Assembly: GCA_951406725.2 (NCBI GenBank)
Contig: OX597827.1
Coordinates: forward strand, 9,920,001 to 9,984,000
DNA length: 64,000 nucleotides
From: Octopus vulgaris
Lineage: Eukaryota
Direction of reading: 5' to 3'
Numbering within the stretch: the stretch's first letter is position 1; every line of letters begins with the position of its first letter. Under the pieces are notes generated by a model. It made no database searches. It saw only the letters and a list, made by a program, of their open reading frames with translations, and was not told the DNA's origin. Below, in pieces: positions 58,217-64,000 of this stretch. The position numbers were made by a program, and so were the translations under genes.

Positions 58217-59660
58217 TCTACATCATCACCTATAGATTCTAACTCAGTTAATGTTGACCATACATCTTCTTCCCATGTATGTGCAGGTCTAGGCAGGATT
58301 TTTTGAAGGAGACTGAGAGATACCCATGCATGTAAGTCACCCACAGCATTGAATAAATGCTACCGCTGACTTGGGCTGATAAAATTTGGTACCATTGTCC
58401 TCACAGCAGTTGATCTCAGGTCACAAAAAGCCAGAACAGATACTACAAGACATTTCTCTTGACTCTCTAAGTCTCCACCTTGGATTCTTTTGACTCTGAA
58501 TGGATGAAAGGCAAAGTTGAATTCAGAATGCAGAGAGGTGTAACAACTATCCACTCTAACAACTTTGCCATTTTACCACCATTTAAAACATTTAAAACAT
58601 GGCACTTATAAATATTAATTATAATATATGATATGATTATAATTAAATATTAAGTATAATATTATAGTATTAATATTCATGATATTAAGCCTATAAATAT
58701 AGATACTATAAACTACAGAAAATTATTTAGTTCTTTGTTTTTAATCAATAAATGAAACAATAGTGAAGATTTTATATTTAGAATATCAGTTTACATTTTT
58801 TAGTTGTTTCAAATTGTAATTCTGCAATTATTGTTATGGTGCACCTAGTTACATTATCTTACAAAAGCCTAATTTAATTTAATGTGTTCCATTGGGGAAC
58901 CTCCACAAAAGAGGAAAAGTTAGGTGTTAGGATATTTATAAAAGATGATACTTGCTTTGGCTACAGGTGAAGTAAGGGGAAATTATTATAACTTTTTACA
59001 GGGTCCTTGAGACTGGTAGGATCAAAGACAGTGCTTAAGACCTTTTCCTGGACTCCTGCAACTGTGAATGTGAGTGGCCTAATGGCAAGGGTTTTACACT
59101 TATGATCAGAAGATCATGGTTTGAATCCTGGACCAAGCAGTGTGTCGTGTTCTTGAGCAAAATATGCCATTTTTACATTGCTCCAGTCCACTCAGCTCCA
59201 AATGAGTAACCCTGTGATGAACTAGCTAGCTATTCAGAGGAAATGTCATGATCTTCATCACTTATATGCCATGGAAACTGGGTTTCTGGCTCTATGAGTC
59301 ACTCAGTGAAGACAGCAAAGTCCTGAGGTTGACGATGATGATGTGATAGGTGGGAGAAACAGCAGTGCCCATAGCCTTTATCAGGGCAGCTGATATTAGC
59401 AGGAGGAAAGGAGGAAGTGATTCACAGACCAGAGACTTGCTTGAATACTTGCAAAGCCAAGGACCCCACTACAGCCCCCATGGGCCAAGTGGTGGTGTTA
59501 AACTGGGCAACAGGTTGAGTCTACCACTCTTATTGTGAGATGGTTAGAAGATGAGGATAATTTACATAATAATTTGTTTTCTCTTGCTTTTGGGTTTTCT
59601 ATTCCCCACTGAAATCATTGCTCAATACCTATGACAATAATGAGTTTTAGAAAGGTATTC

Positions 59661-60077
59661 CTCTTTTTCTCTTTTCTCTTTTACTTGTTTCAGTCATTTG
59701 ACTGCAGCCATGCTGGAGCACCGCCTTTAGTTGAGCAAATCGACCCCGGGACTTATTCTTTGTAAGCCCAGTACTTAATCTATCGGTCTCTTTTGCCGAA
59801 CCGCTAAGTGACGGGGACGTAAACACACCAGCATCGGTTGTCAAGCAATGCTAGGGGGACAAACACAGACACACAAACACACGCACACATACATATATAT
59901 ATATACATATATACGACAGGCTTCTTTCAGTTTCCGTCTACCAAATCCACTTACAAAGCATTGGTTGGCCCGGGGCTATAGCAGAAGACACTTGCCCAAG
60001 ATGCCACACAGTGGGACTGAACCCGGAACCGTGTGGTTGGTTAGCAAGCTACTTACCACACAGCCACTCCTGCGCCT
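59661..60077 (-). mobile_element. SINE family B, full length
   Basis: Reverse complement of the family consensus. Confidence 0.93.
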
Positions 60078-60179
60078 ATGAATGTCTTAACAACCTATTT
60101 TTAATCCTTTGTACATTTGTAGCTTTGTACTTGAGTAAGAAAAGCTTAGGGCTGGTTTCTCAGTTTCCATGGCCATTGA

Positions 60180-60399
60180 CCCTTTTGTTACTGTATTTAT
60201 TTTGAGATGCTCTGTGTTTCTTTTAATTACTTTAAATATAGCAAAGAATTTAGTAAAATAACTTAGTTATCATTCAGCTAGTGCTAGGAACATAAATTGT
60301 GACTAAGGTTTGGTGGAAGATTTCAATTCAGAACTTTTGAAATCAAGACATTTGTATGCAGAGCCAGAGCCAGTTTCAGCCGGGTTGGTAATGAAAGGG
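60180..60399 (-). mobile_element. piggyBac-type MITE, copy 3
   Basis: TTGA-CCCTTTTGTTAC ... GTAATGAAAGGG-TTAA; colinear with 28270-28479. Confidence 0.88.
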
Positions 60400-61570
60400 T
60401 TAAGAACCTAGGAGTGAGACATTTCTACAGGCCAGTCCATCACAGGGGTACTCTTTGACAGCTGCCTGAACTGGAGTAATCAATAAGAAAAGAGCAATCA
60501 GTAAAAAAAAAAAGTAAAAGTAAAATAAGTCCCCTGGTTTACTTTTTGAGTCATGGACTTCTAAGGGCTGGTTACTCAGTTTCCATGGCCAATAAATGCC
60601 CAAGATTGAGACAATTCTTCTACTGGCCAGTCCATGGTAGGGTCATGCTTTTATAGCTGCATCAAATGAAGCAATGAAAAGTGAAGTGTTTCACCCCAGA
60701 ACATAATTAGAGTGCACCACTTGGTCCACAAATTGAAACCGCGATCTTTTGATTGTGACTGCAGCGATTTAACCACTTGGCCATGTACCTTCATCTTAAG
60801 TCAGAAATCAACGATAAAATTGGTTGAGCACCAGACTAGATGCATTACAGTATTTAGCTTTATATTGTATGTCATTGAACATATAAAAAGAATTAATACT
60901 ACCATCACCTCCAGTGATAGACTTTAAATAACTATACTGGAATGTGATATTGTTGTTATTGCTGTTGTTGTTGTTGTTGTTGTTTCATTCTATATCAGTT
61001 CTTGGTAAGCAAGTCTGTTATATCAAAGACATTCAAGCCTTGATTGTTCTGTCTTCTTGTATATCACGATCTAATGTGTTCTTTCTGCTTTAAGACAGAA
61101 CTGTGTGATGAGGGAATTTCGTTGCTATTCCAAGCAGGACAAATGACCACACAAAGGGTTTGTATGCAAGTGTGTGTGTGTGTGTGTGTGTATGTATGTG
61201 TGCATGCATGTGTGTGTGCTTCTATGCTTGTGTGTATGTTTCTGTGATAGAGTGTAGGTGTTGTTTTATTAGCCATGTGTTGAAAAAATAAGTACCAATC
61301 ATATAAAAAAGGAAGAAAGGTACTCCCTGAGCTATAGACCCTTAGGGTCAGTTTCCTAGCTTCTTTGACATATATATATTCTTCCCCTGGATGGGATACC
61401 AGTCCATCACAGGACTACTCATTTTTGTCAGCTCAAGTTCACACAACACATTGCCTGGTCCAGGAATTGAACCCACAATCTTATGAGCATGAATGTAATA
61501 CTCTAAGCATTAAGCAATGATCCCCTACATACCACTCATATGCCATGGTCGATTCAGTGAACTCTTCTTC

Positions 61571-61644
<74 letters not shown>

Positions 61645-61750
61645 TATCACTTTATGTTTTCTGTGTTGATGTAATCATTACTATGCATTGTGGTAGTAAC
61701 AATGATGTTGATGAAAAACTCTTGTGTCAGTGTAAAAAGCCACTGATCAT

Positions 61751-61801
<51 letters not shown>

Positions 61802-62563
61802 AGAGAGAGGGAGCAAGCAAAGGTATTAAGCTTTAGCAGGGTATGATGTGGTGAGCAGATGGGAGATACAACACCCAGCAGTCACAGCAAGCAATGTTCA
61901 TTGTGAAAGTAATGTAAAGAATAAACAGATTTTTCACACCTCTAATTCCATGGCTTTTCCATGACAGCTTAGTGGTGAGTTATATTAATGTTTACAACTT
62001 TTGGTGTCCACCAATTATGTCCAGCTAATCACAATAGGATCTCACCTTCTCAACTCTCTCTCTTGTATCTCTCTAACTTTCACTTTCGGTTTCTCTTTCT
62101 TTTTTTCTTTCTTTCCTCAAAGCCTCAGAACAATAAAGAAAACAAAATAAAAATAAAAATAATCATAAATCTCAGTCCAATATCTCTATTTGTAGGCAAA
62201 CAAAAGAAGATTATCTTTTTGTCCACAAACAATAATGGATTGATCACCGTTGTGAGTATATAACCTGCTCTACACAGATGCATTCAAGGAACATTATTTC
62301 AGTTTAGTATTGATAACTGCTTTCTACAGTTCAGTGATGTGTCATGGCGATATTGAGCAGATTGAGATTGAAATCAATGCTATAAGGGCTTCATTAGAAT
62401 TTGTAACCATGTGTGTGGATGGATGTCTTGTATACACATCATTTATCATCAAACGGGGGGGAATTTATACCAATGAGGACGCAGTGATATCCTTGAACAA
62501 ATACATTCATTATTAACTCTGACCAAACACCTGTGTGTATGCATGCGTGTGAAAGCGGGAAAG

Positions 62564-62594
<31 letters not shown>

Positions 62595-63050
62595 ACATAT
62601 ACATGGCTGTGTGTGTGTACATATACATGGCTGTGTGTGTGAGGTTTAATGAGAAACGGATCTCAATGTCAATATGTGCCACTTAGCGATAATATCCAAG
62701 GGGATAGATTACTGCCCACCTGACTGGTGAGTCACCAGTTCAAATTCCACAGATGATATTCCACTGTGTCCCTGGAGGAAGGAACGTAATTTTGATGAGA
62801 ATGCAATTTGAATCTGGTATTGCCCAGTTGTAATAAAACTGAAGAGTATTGTTTTTAAGGGATCCTTGACTACAAGAAGCAATTTTATCTTACCTATCTC
62901 CAATCCATCTTATATCCTATTGTGGGTATGTAGATAAACATTTGAACATGTATATAGTAGAAGAAATAGCTAAAATTTTTTGGCTGCTATTTCTAAAAGT
63001 TCGGTGTGTGGTAAAGTAACATTTTTTTTAATGAACCCTAATTATATAAC

Positions 63051-63084
<34 letters not shown>

Positions 63085-63086
<2 letters not shown>

Positions 63087-63264
63087 GTTTAAATATTTGT
63101 TGTGCAAGATTTTTTATGTGAAGTCATGTGTTGAAACAGATATTGTTATATTTCGGAATGGTCATATTGCCAGTTTAGCCAATATCACTGAAGCAAAATA
63201 ACACCAAATATATAGTGCGTGTGTTTTTATTGGCTAAACTGGCAATATGTCCATTCCGAAATAT

Positions 63265-63272
<8 letters not shown>
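63085..63272. mobile_element. Fold-back insert in (TA)n with 45-bp arms
   Basis: 63140-63184 versus 63228-63272 with one mismatch; flanked by (TA)n. Confidence 0.75.
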
Positions 63273-63307
<35 letters not shown>

Positions 63308-63356
63308 CATATTTCCTTACATATGCATGTTCAAATGTTTATCTACATAGGATAGA

Positions 63357-63496
63357 TAGGAAGGGCATCCAGCTGTAGAAACTCTGCCAGATCAGATTGG
63401 AGTCTGGTGTAGCCATCTGGTTCACCAGTCTTCAGTCAAATCGTCCAATCCATGCTAGCATGGAAAGTGGACGTTAAACGATGATGATGATGATGA
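63357..63496 (+). mobile_element. RTE-type 3' UTR/tail fragment
   Basis: TAGGAAGGGCATCCAGCTGTAGAAAC..CCATGCTAGCATGGAAAGTGGACGTTAAACGATGATG, the same tail as 28879-29030. Confidence 0.82.
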
Positions 63497-64000
63497 TTCC
63501 ATACTGGAATGAGTTAGACAGTTTTACAAGGATCTAATCAGCTCAATAACTGCATAGTGCTCTGGTGTGTGCTATGGCATGGTTTCTATGGTTAGATGCC
63601 CTACCTAATGCTTTACCAAATGCCAACCACTTTACTGCTTGTACTGGGAGTTGTTTTTTTTTTGTTTTTTTTTTTTGGCACTAGCACTTGTGAGAATGCC
63701 ATGCAGCTTGCAAGACTATGAACCATGAGTAGGAATTAGCAGCCTGATGTTAAAAGAGTAAAGAGTTGAGAGGAGTAAAATATGAGAGTAAAAAAAAGGT
63801 CAGAGTTTGTTGCTGTGGAGGTACAACATGGCCACTTATATTCTAGGAGAGATGGTGGTGTGGAGGAATGAAGCAGGTAAGTGATATAAGTGATAATGTG
63901 TCAGAGTGGCCCTTCAAGGTAAGAAGAGTTGGGTAGAAATGAGAAAGGTGTGGGCCGGGACAACAGAGACGCCAGGAAAATGAGTCGGGGGAGTAGAGGA

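Overview
AT-rich, repeat-saturated animal non-coding DNA, most likely an intron or intergenic region of an Octopus genome. This is an inference from the SINE families and the extreme microsatellite load. No host protein-coding gene can be supported, and nearly all supplied ORFs are translations of (TA)n, (TG)n, (TATG)n, (GATA)n, (AAT)n and (GAT)n repeats. Recognisable content: four tRNA-headed SINE families (about 35 copies, several with target-site duplications), two decayed mariner transposases, 3' ends of RTE and CR1/L2 LINEs, three piggyBac-type TTAA MITEs, Tc1-type MITEs, a hAT remnant, a non-autonomous Helitron and a Helentron/DINE-like element. The most interesting signal is a recurring class of short inserts that sit inside (TA)n tracts. 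They carry fold-back inverted repeats and/or minimal type-I hammerhead ribozyme motifs with a palindromic helix III (clearest at 5056-5124, 11860-11965 and 37834-37881). This fits Penelope-like or retrozyme-like elements that target the microsatellites spread by the SINEs. All calls were made by eye, and the boundaries of degenerate repeats are approximate.
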